Assembly: GCA_951406725.2 (NCBI GenBank)
Contig: OX597816.1
Location: forward strand, 90,334,001 to 90,398,000
Source: Octopus vulgaris
Lineage: Eukaryota
Direction: 5' to 3'
Length of the DNA stretch: 64,000 nt
This document shows, in pieces, positions 50,446-63,900 of the stretch (position 1 is the stretch's first letter; every line of letters starts with the position of its first letter). A model generated the notes under the pieces. It did no database searches and had not been told where the DNA came from. It saw only the letters and a program-made list of their open reading frames with translations. A program made the position numbers and the translations under genes.

Positions 50446-50553
50446 GTACATTTTTAAAGGGTTTAGAAACCACAGCTGTATATGACCCACTAAATGAAGA
50501 GTTTGTGCTAAACACTCCAACTATAACATCCACGAAATGGTGGTCAGGACAAT
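50446..50553 (+). CDS. ACOX1: ACOX1-like exon 4 ([36 protein letters not shown])
   Basis: aacAG acceptor, GTAAGT donor; 108 nt. Confidence 0.95.
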
Positions 50554-52086
50554 GTAAGTAGTGAGAAAAAATTTGATTGTAAATTGTAGGAACTCTTTCT
50601 TTTCATGGAAAGATAGTTTTGCTTATGTTCAAAAATTTTAATATCACTTTGTTTTTCTCATTAAATATATTTGTTTCTACTTTGTTTTTGTATCTGGGTT
50701 GCAAGATTCTTTATGTGAATTTGTGTGTTGAAGCAAATTTTATTGTGTCTGGGGAGAACCATCTTGTCTTAATGCCTTGTTATCTTAAACACTCACAGTT
50801 TGATTTCCACTCATTTATTATTTATATATTTTATCTTTTTCCAAAATTTTTGTTGCTTTTGCAACCTTGTTAATGGATGTTGACTCTCAACAAGGTTGCT
50901 ACATCCATTGACAAGGTTGCAATATCCATTGACAAAGTTGCAAAAGCAACAAAAATTTTGGAAGAAAAAATATATAAATAATGAGTGGAAATCAAATCAG
51001 TGAGTGTATTAGATAATAAGGCATTAAGACAATATGACTCTCCCCAGACACAACAAAATGTTTGTTTTTCTTTTGCTTTTAAGACATTTTTCTTTCTTTA
51101 TACATTGTAAACAATTATATTATAGATTCTGAGAACATGTTTCTAAAAGAATATCTGTGCATGTTATGTTGTGAGTGTATGTATATGTGCATGTGAGTGA
51201 GCAGATATAAATGTGAACTGTATCAAATTCGATGACTGGCATCCGTGCTAGCGGGGTACAAAGAGCACCATACGAGCATGATCGTTGACAGAGTGACTAA
51301 CTGGCTTCCATACCAGTGGCACATAACAGGCACCATTTGAATGTGATCATTACCAGCGTCGCCTTACTGGCACTTGTGCCCGTGCTAGTAGGGTGCCAAG
51401 AGCACCATCTTAGTGTGATCGTTGCCAGAGTGGCTAACTGGCTTCTGTGTCGGTGGAATGTAAAAGGCACCATTTGAGCGTGATCGCTACCAGCGTTGCC
51501 TTACTGGCACCTGTGCCGGTGGCATGTGTAAAAAGATTTGAGTGAGGTCGTTGCCAGTATCGCCTGACTGGCCCTGTGCCAATGGCATGTAAAAGCACCC
51601 ACTACACTCTCGGAGTGGTTGGCGTTAGGAAGAGTTTCCAGCTGTAGAAACTCTGCCAGATCAAGTTGGAGCCTGGTGCAGCCATCTGGTTTGCCAGCCC
51701 TCAGTCAAAATCGTCCAACCCATGCTAGCATGGAAAGCGGACGTTAAATGATCACTTGCTAGAACTAAAAATGTACATTTGAAAAATATGATGGGCTAAA
51801 TTAATCTTTCTGATTTTAGCACAAGGCCAGCAATTTTTGGTAAGAGAGGCAAGTCAATTACATCACCCTCAGTATGTGTTTATGCTTAATTTTATCAACC
51901 TTAGAGGGATGAAAGATAAAGGTGACCTTAGTGGGATTTGAACTCAGAATGTAAAGTGGCTGAAGAAATGTCGCTAAGCATTTTGTCTGCACAGTTATGA
52001 TTCTGTCAGCTCACCACCTTGTAATTGGTCCAAATTTTGAAAAAAAACTAGCAATTGTAGAGTGAGCGAGAAAATTGGTTAGAAAA

Positions 52087-53232
52087 CAGACTCCATCACA
52101 TGCCAGGAGGAGAAACTAGAAGTAGTTGATAGCTTCCACTACCTAGGTGACCAAGTCTGTCGTGGGGATGGATGCTCGGAGAACATAGCTTCTAGAATAA
52201 GAATAACCTGGGCAAGGTTTAGAAAGCTCCTACCTCTGCTGGTAACAAAGGGCCTCTCACTCAGAGTAAAAGGTAGACTGTATGATGCATCTGTGCAACC
52301 AGCCATGCTACACAGCAGTGAAACATGGGCCATGGCTGCTGAGGACATGCATAGGCTTGAAAGAAATGAAGTTAGTATGATCCACTGGATGTGTAATGTC
52401 AGTGTGTATATACGACAGAGTGTGAGTGCTGTGAGAGAAAAGTTGGACATAAGAAGCATCAGATGTGGTGTGCTAGAGAGATGACTGCACTGGTATGGTC
52501 ATGTGTTGCATATGGATGAGGACAGCTGTGTGAAGAAGTGTTACACCCTAACAGTGGGAGGAACCTGTGGAAGAAGTAGATCCAGGAAGACATGGGATGA
52601 GGTGGTGAAGCACGACCTTCGAATGTTGGGCCTCACAGAGGCAATGACAAGAGATTGAGACCATTGGAAATATGCTGTAATTGAGAAGACCTGGCAAGTA
52701 AAGTGAGATCACATCTGTGGTTGATACCAGTGTCACATAACCAGCCCATTTAAGTACCTTTGAATCGCCAGGCGACACTGTGCTTGGGAAGACCTTTTGG
52801 ATCAAGTGAAATCATAGTCGTAGCCGATGCTAGTGCCGCCTGACTGGCACCCATGCTGGTGGTGCATAATAAGCATGGGTCAATGCCAGGGCCTCCTGAA
52901 TGGCTCCTGTGCTGGTGGAATGTATAAAGCACCATCCAAATGTGGTCAATGCTAGTGCCCTCCAACTGTCTCCCATGCTGGTGGCACGTAAAAAGCACCA
53001 TCCAAACGTGGTCAAAGCCAGTGTCCACCGGCTGGCTCCTGTGCTGGTGGCACATAAAAAGCATCCACTACACTCTTGGAGTGGTTGGCATTAGGAAGGG
53101 CATCCAGCTGTAGAAACCTTGCCAGATCAGATTGAAGCCTGGTGCAGCCTACTGACTTGCCAGTTCTCAGTTAAACTGTCCAGCCCATGCCAGTATGGAA
53201 AATGAACATTAAATGATGATGATGATGATGAT
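52087..53232 (+). mobile_element. RTE-clade LINE 3' fragment (RT C-terminus + 3' UTR + (GAT)n)
   Basis: EKLEVVDSFHYLGD...RI.ITWA.FR.LLPLL...LY....PAMLHSSETW. Confidence 0.85.
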
Positions 53233-53527
53233 CCCAGTACTTGACTTGTACTTTATTTCATCACCCACTAAAGAATAAAAAGCATAGTTGACCTTGGTGG
53301 ATTTTGCACTCAGAACATAAAGAGCTTGAAGAAATGCCACTAAGCAGTTTGTCTGATGCACTTATGATTCTGTCAGCTTGCCACTTTGACGAGCTAATTA
53401 ATAGTTTGGATAATGAGTTCTATTCAGGATGTTTGTAATGAATTTCTGCTATAAGCTAATTACTTTGTACTTAATTAGTTTTATATTTTACTGTATGTTC
53501 ATATTAATATTTCTTTTTGCTTTTTAG

Positions 53528-53647
53528 TGGGCAAAGTAGCAAACTATTGCATTATCATTGCTCAGCTGTATATTAAGAATAAGTGTTATGGAAATCACCC
53601 ATTCGTCCTACAAATCCGGAGTTTAGAAGATCACAGCTTCATGCCAG
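53528..53647 (+). CDS. ACOX1: ACOX1-like exon 5 (GKVANYCIIIAQLYIKNKCYGNHPFVLQIRSLEDHSFMP)
   Basis: tttttAG acceptor, GTAATT donor; 120 nt. Confidence 0.95.
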
Positions 53648-53812
53648 GTAATTGAAAACTTAATTCATTATACTATTTGAAAATTTAGATTTTAACATTT
53701 TTATTTTCTTTTAAACTTATTGCAACACCCTTTATATTCGGATATTCTAAGCTACTTTTCTACACCTTATTTTTCTGACGTCTATTCTTAAATTCTATAT
53801 CAAAGAATGGGC

Positions 53813-53978
53813 TTAACCCTTTAGCATTTAAACTGGCCATATTCTTCCTGTTTTATGTTCAAACTGGCTGTATTCAGCCTCTTATCAACTCTCAAAAAGG
53901 AAGCGAATGATTAATTCCAAACAATGTGAATGAATAAGCATTACATTAGACAGAATAATTTGAATGCTACAGGGTTAA
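53813..53978 (+). mobile_element. TTAA-MITE copy (internally deleted)
   Basis: TTAACCCTTTAGCATT...AATGCTACAGGGTTAA. Confidence 0.7.
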
Positions 53979-54019
53979 TGTGCTTCTTTTGCTGTTTTAC
54001 TAACTCCTTTTTGTATGAA

Positions 54020-55577
54020 ATTGCTGAGTCACTATCAGAACTAGAGGAAAAGTTTCAGGTGTGGAAGCAAGGGTTAGAATCGAAAGGCCTCAGAGTCAAC
54101 CTAGCTAAAACCAAAGTCTTAGTAAGTAGGAACGCAGACAAACCACAAATCCCTTCAGGTACATAGCCCTGCTCAGTCTGTTGAAAAGGCGTAGATAGAA
54201 ACTCCATAAGATGTACCCAGTGTAAGCTATGGACACATAAGAGGTGCAGCAATATCAAAGGGAGGCTAACTGGGAAGATAGTTTTTGTATGTGGCAGATG
54301 CTCGGGAGCAATAAACACCGAAAATGCGCTGAGACCAGCTTCCGCCTCATTCCAGGGAGAAAAACTAGAAGTAGTTGATAGCTTCCATTACCTAGGTGAC
54401 CAAGTCGGTTGTGGGGGTGGATGCTCTGAAAGTGTAGCTGCTAGAATAAGAATAGCCTGGGCAAAGTTTAGAGAGCTCCTAACTCTGCTGGTGACAAAGG
54501 GCCTCTCGCTCAGGGTAAAAGGTAGACTGTATGACGCATGTGTACGAACAGTCATGCTACATGGCAATGAAACATGGGCTGTGACTGCTGAGGACATGCG
54601 TAAGCTTGCAAGGAATGAAGCCAGTATGCTCTGCTGGATGTGTAAGTTAGTGTGCATACATGACAGAGTGTAAGTGCCCCAAGAGAAAAGTTGGATTTAA
54701 GAAGCATCAGATGTGGCATGCAAGAGAGATGACTGCACTGGTATGGTCATGTGTTGCAAATGAATGAGGACAGGTGTGTGGAAAAGTGTCACATCCTAGC
54801 AGTTAAGGGAATCTGTGGAAGAGGTAGACCCAGGAAGACCTGGGATGAGGTGGTGAAGCACAGCCTTTGAACATTGGGCCTTACCGAAGCAATGACTAGT
54901 GACTGAGACCTTTGGAGATATGCTGTGCTTGAGAAGACCCGACAAGTCAAGTGAGACCATAGCCTGTGGCCTACGCCACTGGGTGTAACCAGCCCACTTA
55001 TGAGTACTCCTCATTCATTGGACAATAAACTTTGCTTGTGAAGACCTATTGAGGCAAGTGAAATCAAATCAAAATCACTGACATAGCCAATGACAGTACC
55101 GCCTGATTGGCACTCATGCCAGTGGAATGTTAAAAGCACATCTGAGCATGATCATTGCCTGGCCAAGGATTGGCTCCTGTGCTGGTGGCATGTAAAAAGT
55201 ACTATTCAAGAAGGATTGTTGCCAGTGTTGCCTTACCAGCACATGTGCTGGTGGCACATGAAAAACAACATTCGAGCATGGCTGTTGTCAGTGCCACTGC
55301 AATGGCTCCTGTGCAGGTAGCATGTAAAAACACCTTTTGAGTGTGAGCGTAGTCGTTGCCAGAACCGCCTGACTGGCCCTCATACTGGTAGCATGTAAAT
55401 AGCACCCACTACACTCAGAGTGGTTGGCATTAGGGAGAGCATCCAGCTGTAGAACCTTTGCCAGATCAGATTGAGCCTGGTGCAGCCTTCTGGCTCACCA
55501 GTCCTTAGTCAAACCATCCAACCCACGCCAGCATGGAAAACAGACATTAAACGACAATGATGATGATGATGATGATG
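54020..55577 (+). mobile_element. RTE-clade LINE 3' fragment with a PHD-like finger inside the RT region
   Basis: GLRVNLAKTKVL, then CSVC..CTQCKLWTHKRC..FVCGRC, then EKLEVVDSFHYLGD; same family as 52087-53232; (GAT)n tail. Confidence 0.85.
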
Positions 55578-55799
55578 TTAATTTATTCCCTAAATAAATT
55601 TCTGACACCTGTTTCCTAGTATTTCACTATTATCACTACTTATGATAAGTTTTAACCATTGTATTTCAAACTCATTTGATTGCAAATTCCACCAATTTTC
55701 CCTGCCCACTATTACTAGGAAGGTTATGAGGATAGAGTCCTCAGGAATCTTCTGTAGGGTCTTATCAGAAGCAATCATCATTTTGTATCTGGCTTGGTT

Positions 55800-56270
55800 C
55801 CCAAGCATGACCAATTGAAACTATTATCCAAATATTTTGTTCTTGGTCTCTCTAGTCCTCCTGCCAATTGGATCTGCTTGAATAATTTGTCTTGCTATCC
55901 TTTCCTGTGACATTCTAATCACATGTCCACAGTACTAGAGCTACGCCCTTTCAGTGTGAAGGAGTAGCAACTCTATCTGGAAACTCCTTGATCTTCAAAC
56001 CTGTTGAATTGTGTTTCTGCAGGGGTCTTTGGGAGAACCCTATTTCAGCCACTTGTATTGGTAACTGTATTCTTTCAGTCATTACCCAATATTCATGACC
56101 ATAGGTGAGGGTAGGCATGAAAACCAAACTGAAGATAGCAAGTTTGGCTTTTTTACCAACCTTGACTCTTTTGAGGATTAAATGCTGAAATTGGTGTCTT
56201 ACTGGACCAGCACCTGCTTTTCATGAATAATATGGCACTGAGATACTTAAACTTCTTCACTTGTAATTCT
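55800..56270 (-). mobile_element. Old RTE-like LINE remnant
   Basis: Minus strand KFKYLS and LTYGHEYWVMTERIQLPIQVAEIGF. Confidence 0.55.
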
Positions 56271-57059
56271 TTTTTTAAAACTATATACCTTTTTCTCCCT
56301 TTAACAGTTCTTTCTTCTTTCTTTGACTAACCTATAACAGTTTGTAAGTCTGTATTTACCTTTTGACCAGATACCAAAACATATTCTGGTACAACACCAA
56401 GCTTCTGGATGCAGATGATCTGGAATATCTTGTAATCCAACAAATTTATGAGCTGGAACTTCAAATTCTCACAGCTGCCAGACTAGTTTATTGGTACCTT
56501 GAACAGATTAGTACCTTGCTCTGTAGCATTAATAAACTTGTGTATCGTTTGTACTAATGTACTGATACCTGTATTTCATTAAATTATCTAAGTAAATTTA
56601 ATGTTTATTTAATTAAGAGTGTGTTAATCAAAGGAGGATTATCCTTGGTTTGGAAAGATAATTAATTGGAAAAGGTTCTAGAACTAAAGGTTGGAGAAAA
56701 TTTATGTTGCAACTGTAAACTGTAGTGGTGTATTGTCTAGCAACTTGTTCAATATTACTTCTAATCCTAAAATGACAAGATGGTTGAATTGTTACCGCAT
56801 TGGACAAAATGCTTAGTCTTTCATCCAGTCAGGGTTGACTTTATCTTTCATCCTTTCAGGGTTGAAAAAATTAGTACCAGTTGAGCACTGGGGTTGATGT
56901 TGATTGACTTACCTTCTCCCCTGATATTGTTGGCTTTGTGCCAAAGATAGAAACCATTATTACTTTTAATCTTGTTATAATCCTTGATTCCTACATGGAC
57001 AAAGATGCATTTGTGAAGAAATATAAATGAAATCATTTTCATTTTAACTGTCTCTTTAG

Positions 57060-57175
57060 GAGTTATTACTGGTGATATTGGTCCAAAAATGGCATTGAAT
57101 AGCATAGACAATGGTTTCATGAAATTAGATAATGTTCGAATACCCAGAAATCAACTTTTAATGAAATATGATCAG
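57060..57175 (+). CDS. ACOX1: ACOX1-like exon 6 ([38 protein letters not shown])
   Basis: ctttAG acceptor, GTAATG donor; 116 nt. Confidence 0.95.
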
Positions 57176-57237
57176 GTAATGTAAAAAAAAAACAGACTTT
57201 CTTTTTCATTTTTTCAAAATTTTCATTAGACACACAT

Positions 57238-57291
<54 letters not shown>

Positions 57292-58775
57292 ATATATGCA
57301 TACATATATGTATATATGTATATAAAACAGTTATTTTATTCCACACAGGTAGAAATATAGGAAAAATAGAAGTTGAAAATGCACCGAGAATAGTTGAAAT
57401 ATATTTTATTATATTTAAAGATTTTACTGGTTTCACAGTTTACACTGATTTCCAAAAAGTTGAAATAGCAAGACATGGCTTATGTTGCAGCTGTCTTGCT
57501 TTGGACTAGCGTTTGAAACTTGCTCAATTTTTATAGGGAGTTCAAGGCTCAAATTAGTGTTGTAAGTTAAGGCTGACACAGTTGACTGAACATGTCTAGT
57601 GGCAGCACCAAACAATCAGTGCTCTAAATGTTTTTGTCAAGTGTTTGTAGAGAATGAATACGTGATTAAGTTTAGAACCGTCTGTACATTTCCTGTTATG
57701 TTTGTGTGTTAGTATCACATGACAGTATATTTTGCGCCTAAAATGAAGGCCGACACGGTTGAGTGGATATGTTTAGTTACAATCCAGGCACTCCAAATTT
57801 AATCTGTCTGGTAGGAGAGTAGACAGGAGTTCTTTGTATGTTGTCCAGTGACTAAAGTTTAGGTTGTTAGCTGTGTAGCTTCCTTATATTAAATGGCAGA
57901 ATGAGTTTTGTGTGTAAATAGTTATTTGTGTATGTACTCTGTTAAAGTTGTCAACTTGACATATATGGGATCATATGATTGTTCGTTAATTTCCATAAAA
58001 TTCTTATAATTTCTGTATGCTTTGAAGAGAACAAAAATTGAAAGTGAGGATAAAGTGAAAAGGCAACATTTGCTTTGAAGTGAGGGGAGAAAGTAAATGA
58101 GAGGAGAAAGTCTAAGATGTACGTGTGTATGAAATGGATGTGTGTGTGAGAGAGAGAGTGAGTGAAGGCATGTGTTGTGATGTATGAATGTTTTTGCATG
58201 TATGTGTAAGTGGCACTCACTCCCCCTCCCGCCCTCTCTCTCTCACACACACACACACACACGCATTTCGTATACATGTAAGCAGAGGTAAAGAATATCT
58301 CTGCTTATGTGAAACACGTTTAAGGTTGTTATCTCGAACACGAATGAGAATATTATGATTTTCATAGGGATCATCAACCATAAAGATGGCTACTTCTTTA
58401 GATGTGGGTTCATTAAAACAGTGTAAAATGTTCTTTACTATAGTTCACTATAGATGTAATGAATGCAGAAACACACACACACACACACACACACTCATAG
58501 AATTGAAAACATTGAAAACAGCAAAGCATACACACAGGAAGTTCAAGCGAAACGAAATGTAGTCAATATAGTTGCAAAACGTACTTTCTGTAGTATAGTT
58601 ATGCTATAAAAAAATGCAAAGTTATCAATTTAGCAAAAGTTAGTATGTGTCACCAATATAAGAAAGTATGGAAAGTCAACATTTATTTGGAACATCTACT
58701 AAATGTTATAAAATTCATGATTGAATGAATTTCATGGTGAAGAAAGTGAAAGTCCAAGAAAATTCAGAACCATTC

Positions 58776-59202
58776 ATTTCCTCCACAGTCCTCATCTTCA
58801 TCTACCTCCATATGGCCAACTGCCTCAGTTTGTGGTCAACCATCAAGAGGTATGTCCCCTGCCGGTAGTGCATCACATCCACTGCCAGTCATTTCCAGTT
58901 GTGTTCTACTGGAATGCTTCCTGCCTTATGTATACCCAGAGTGGAGTCAATGGACTGGCACCTGTTGCAGCTCCCAACTACTCTCTGCACACTCTGCCTG
59001 GTTACGTCAGAGTCAACTTTCCTAGCTAGGAACAGGATCCTGTCCACTCACATGTGATGCATGGTATGATGTCTCCTCAGCTTCGAGTCACTCAGTTGAC
59101 ACACTGCAGCCACTCCTTGCTCCAGATCCTCTGGCACCTGCAACCAAGCTTTCTTTACTCTAGTCAGGACGTCTACTCTATTCCTCTCAGAGAGCATAAA
59201 AA
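58776..59202 (-). repeat. 427-bp direct duplicate of 62273-62699 (Gypsy integrase N-terminal fragment)
   Basis: About 9 substitutions by manual comparison. Confidence 0.9.
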
Positions 59203-60184
59203 TTCAATTTTTCATACAAAAATAATTTATTTTACAATTTTGAAATGAACACTGAACTAAGTGTACAGAAAGGAAGATGCTGTTGTTGTGAATGCTAATT
59301 TAAAATATTTGCTGAAGGATGTATGTAGCAAGATATAAATTCATTTGACATTACTATATATTTTTTAACTGTGTAACGTTATAGGCTGTAGAGTAAATAC
59401 TGACTAATGCAGTAAAAAGGTTGTGTGACGTTGATAATCACAGTGAAGATGCATAGGAGGAATACAAAGACTGTTAAAAAAAAAACATTATCTTGAAACT
59501 GGTTAGAAGGAGTGAAGTAACATTTCTGTAATTATACTGAAAGAGCCACTGAGGCTGTCTACTTCACCAAGTTTCTGAATTTGTTATAATAACCAGAATA
59601 ACATTTTTTTTCCAGATATATTTGCGAGTATTGTGAGTAGTGTTAAATCAGCCAAATCTTCATGTTGGTAGTATTTGAAAGTGAATGTTGTTGTTCATTT
59701 AAAATCCAGGCTGTAAGTAAACTTTCAATATCTGTGAGTTTCACTGTTGGGGTGGGGCGTTACAAACATAAACTAAGACACACACACACACACACACTCA
59801 CACACATTAACACACACCTGAAGCCTATTTCTGTCCCTGTGTGTGTCTGTTGTCACAAAAGTGTATGTATACTGACAGACACATACACCATCACACACGT
59901 ATACTTGTCAGTCATTGGCCTGGTGTAGGTAACGAATGCACAGACACACTCATATAGAAAATGTGACATCATCATTGTTGTGTTGGTGATGTAAGATGTA
60001 GTTTATGATAGGAGACTAAAAGAAAAATGATAATGTTAAATTTTGTAATGCAAATATGTGAATGAAAATATAGTTTAGTTGGTAGCCAAAAGCTTACTGA
60101 ATCTTTCGATACCCCTTACATCAAAATCAGCAACTTAGTTTTGGAATGCATAAGGAATATTCAAACATGCACACACACAAGCTC

Positions 60185-60385
<201 letters not shown>

Positions 60386-61217
60386 GCACAGGTGCCAGTG
60401 GCACGTAAAAAGCACCCACTACACTCATGGAGTGGTTGGCGTTAGGAAGGTCATCCAGCCGTAGAAACATTGCCAGATCAGACTGGGCCTGGTGCAGCCT
60501 TCTGGCTTCCCAGACCCCAGTTGAACCATCCAACCCATGCTAGCATGGAAAGCGGACACTAAATGATGATGATGATAATATAAGTAATATATATATGCAT
60601 ATAGACATACATATATATGTATATAGATATGCATATATGGATACAGGACATCACAAAACGTAAACAACATGAGATATGAAAATAAAGTTGGGTATGCAAG
60701 CATTGATAGAAACAAATGGAAAACAAGTCAAGTAACATAAAAAATTACCCTTCATCAGTTGTTGGCTGTCCTACTCCTTATTTCAAGCATTGAATGATAA
60801 TATAAGACTTTGAAGGCAGTTGCTCCCACGAGCCAAAATAAAATTTGGGATTTGCAGATGGTCAAAGTTAGTAACAAAAACAGGACAGTGGAGACATACA
60901 AGGAAACTGAACAAAAACAAACATGGAGGGTCAATAGACTAGATGAGGTAAAGTAGTGATCACTGGAGAAATATTGTCTTTGACAAGAGAAAAGATAGAA
61001 GAGGAGATAGAAAGGAATATGTGCAGTCTGTACAACAGCACTGAAGGAAAAGAAAGATGGACAATGGTCATGTGTGAGCAACGAGAGAAATTAAAGGAGG
61101 AAGAAAGAGAGAGAGAGAGAAAATGAAAGGGAGAGAGAGAGAGAACAGTAAAACGTAGAGTCGCAAAAGTATTAAGATAAACTTATTTGGAAATGGATGT
61201 GTGATGTTCAATCAAAT

Positions 61218-61282
<65 letters not shown>

Positions 61283-61454
61283 TATATATATATGCATATA
61301 TATATACATATATACATATATATATATATGTACATACATATATATGTGTATAGATATGCATATATGGGTACAGGATAACCCAAGACTATTATCACTATTA
61401 GGTAATATAAAGTTTTATGTACTAAAACATATTTGACATGTATATATTTCACAG

Positions 61455-61624
61455 GTTCTTAAAGATGGTACTTATATATCAGGCCCAAATAAAAAATCTA
61501 TGTATGCTTCTATGATGACAGTAAGGTGTGCCATAATTATGGTGAGTGCTCAGAGTCTAGCAGCTGCATGTACCATTGCTGTTCGTTATAGTGTTGTGCG
61601 TCAACAATCAGAAGCAGAACAAGG
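61455..61624 (+). CDS. ACOX1: ACOX1-like exon 7 (VLKDGTYISGPNKKSMYASMMTVR...TIAVRYSVVRQQSEAEQ)
   Basis: cacAG acceptor, GTTGGT donor; 170 nt. Confidence 0.93.
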
Positions 61625-62209
61625 GTTGGTACATTATTTAATTATATAATTTACTTTTGTTTTTCTAATGCTCAATGTCAATTTTTTACACTTTCTCATA
61701 TTAATGTATCAAAGTTAAAGTGTCTTAAAATAAACATAACCTGATATTTTAATTATAATATCCCACTGCCTGTATCCACCCTTTGATTGTATTGCACACA
61801 TATAACTGAATTCTTTCAGTTTTCATTTCTATCAAACCTACCCACAAGGCTTTGGTTGACCCCAGATAAAGTAGAAGCCATATGACCTAGGTGCCATGCA
61901 GTAGGGTTGAACTCAAAGCCACATGATTGGGAAGCGAGCTTTTAACCACACTACTGTGACTGCACTTTAATGTGTGTGTGCATGTGCATCCATGTGTGTG
62001 TATTTATGTCTGCTTGTTTGAATCTCAACACTTTATCACACATACCTCTTATCCTCTTATTACTCATTTCTCTATCACTCACACCCCAACTGCCTATACT
62101 CCTATTACCCATGACCCTATTTGTTATACCTTTCAGTTATTCTCTTTTTTTCATTTTCTCTACTGTGCTGCCAGTGCAACTAACAATGACTGTAAACCTC
62201 TGAATGAAA

Positions 62210-63560
62210 CGTAGTTTCAAGCAGCTCATCCACAGGGTCTATTCTAGGAATATCTCATTTAGTTTTCTTGTGATTTCCTCCACAGTCCTCATCTTCATCT
62301 CCCTCCATATGGCCAACTGCCCCAGTTTGCGGTCAACCATCAAGAGGTATGTCCCCTGCCGGTAGTGCATCACATCCACTTCCAGTCATTTCTAGTTGTG
62401 TTCTACTGGAATGCTTCCTGCCTTATATATACCCAGAGTGGAGTCAATGGACTGGCACCTGTTGCAGCTCCCAACTACTCTCTGCACACTCTGCCTGGTC
62501 ACGTCAGAGTCAACTTTCCTAGCTAGGAACAGGATCCTGTCCACTCACATGTGATGCATGGTATGATGTCTCCTCAGCTCCGAGTCACTCAGTTGACACA
62601 CTGCAGCCACTCCTTGCTCCAGATCCTCTGACACCTGCAACCAAGCTTTCTTTACTCTAGTCAGGACGTCTACTCTATTCCTCTCAGAGAGCATAAAAAC
62701 CACACTCAGCCTCAGGTCAAACTCAACAGCTAGCTTGCCCAGAATTCCCAAATGGCATCTTATCAACATCTCTGTGCCCCCTTTGGTTCACACTCTCTGC
62801 TCACCGGTGACCACTGATCCCACCCATCTAAGTACAGTGGCGAATTGGTCCGGTTCTCGATGGTATGCAACCCCTACCTCAGAGCCAGGTTCAGACCCTT
62901 CAGCACATTGATTTGGTTGCAGTCATCCTTCTTCCTGATCCAGGCCACATCCTCTACCACAACACCTGCAATTTCCAGGACAACTCCTGTTACTATGCTG
63001 CTAGCATCATACCACATGATCCCATTCTTCAATTTTGGGCACATACCAGTTTTCTCTTACTGGGTCTTCCACAGTCACTCTCTCCAAGACTTCTTGCATC
63101 ATGGCAGTTGTCTTCTCACCCACTTAGTCACTCTACCTCACTCCTTCAGCTCACCTCTTGATGAAGTTGCATGCTGTCCAGAGTCATTCTGCAATCAAGC
63201 AGTGTCCCAGCAGCTTCCCACACAGAAAACAGTTCTCGCCTACTCATCTTGGTGCCCGTTTTTTGGGATCTTATTCCCTCTCCAAAATATCAACATGCCA
63301 GCATTGTCTCTCCATAGCTTGAATCCCAATGCAGCTCCTCCTTCCATTGCCTCTGATGGCTTGGCAGCTTGAAACTCTTCAGGTTTTACTGTCTAACAGG
63401 TCTGCTCTCGTATGCTGTCCACTGTCAACTGACTACTCATGCCTCGCCGACCCCGCATGCCCACTGCAGCCCTTCGGGCAGGACCCTCAAGCCCCACTTC
63501 TGACAGGATATGCATACTCCCTCACTTCCAGTCCTTCTCTACAACACAGCCTGGCTCATA
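62210..63560 (-). mobile_element. Decayed Gypsy-like pol remnant (RNase H + integrase N-terminus)
   Basis: WYDASS...EDVAWIRKKDD.NQINVLKGLNLAL...NRVDVLTR (RNase H), then HHM-VDR.LFLARK...CNRCQSID...DVMHYR (HHCC/core). Confidence 0.75.
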
Positions 63561-63737
63561 ACACCACATATTGTTTGCACCCCATTACAACTATCAAAGC
63601 TGATGTTAGTGGCCTTTCATGCTGCTGGATATTTGATACTGGAATAGAATGATATTTTTCAGATTTCTTGTTGATCATTAAATATATTTATTAATTTTGA
63701 AATATAAAATATAAGCTTTTAAATGTCATTATAACAG

Positions 63738-63900
63738 GGCTGGTGAACAATCAGTGCTTAACTTCCAAACTCAACAGTATAGACTGTTTTCTGCTTTAAG
63801 TACTACTTATGCATTGTTTTTTGCTTGGAAAAGTGTAAATGAGGCTTGTCAACAGATATTAACAGATGCCGCACAAGGAAAAACTGATCAATTTCTATTT
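63738..63900 (+). CDS. ACOX1: ACOX1-like exon 8 (AGEQSVLNFQTQQYRLFSALSTTYALFFAW...DQFLF)
   Basis: aacAG acceptor, GTAAGT donor at 63901; 163 nt. Confidence 0.92.

Noticed and set aside
51230-51600. ~60-bp repeats with variable spacers resembling a CRISPR array (also 52840-53070, 55090-55410)
   Set aside because: Degenerate tandem subrepeats of the RTE 3' UTR in eukaryotic DNA; no cas genes and no unique spacers.
60740-60800. Minus-strand GAAA...CTGATGA as a type II hammerhead
   Set aside because: Stems I and III cannot be paired convincingly.
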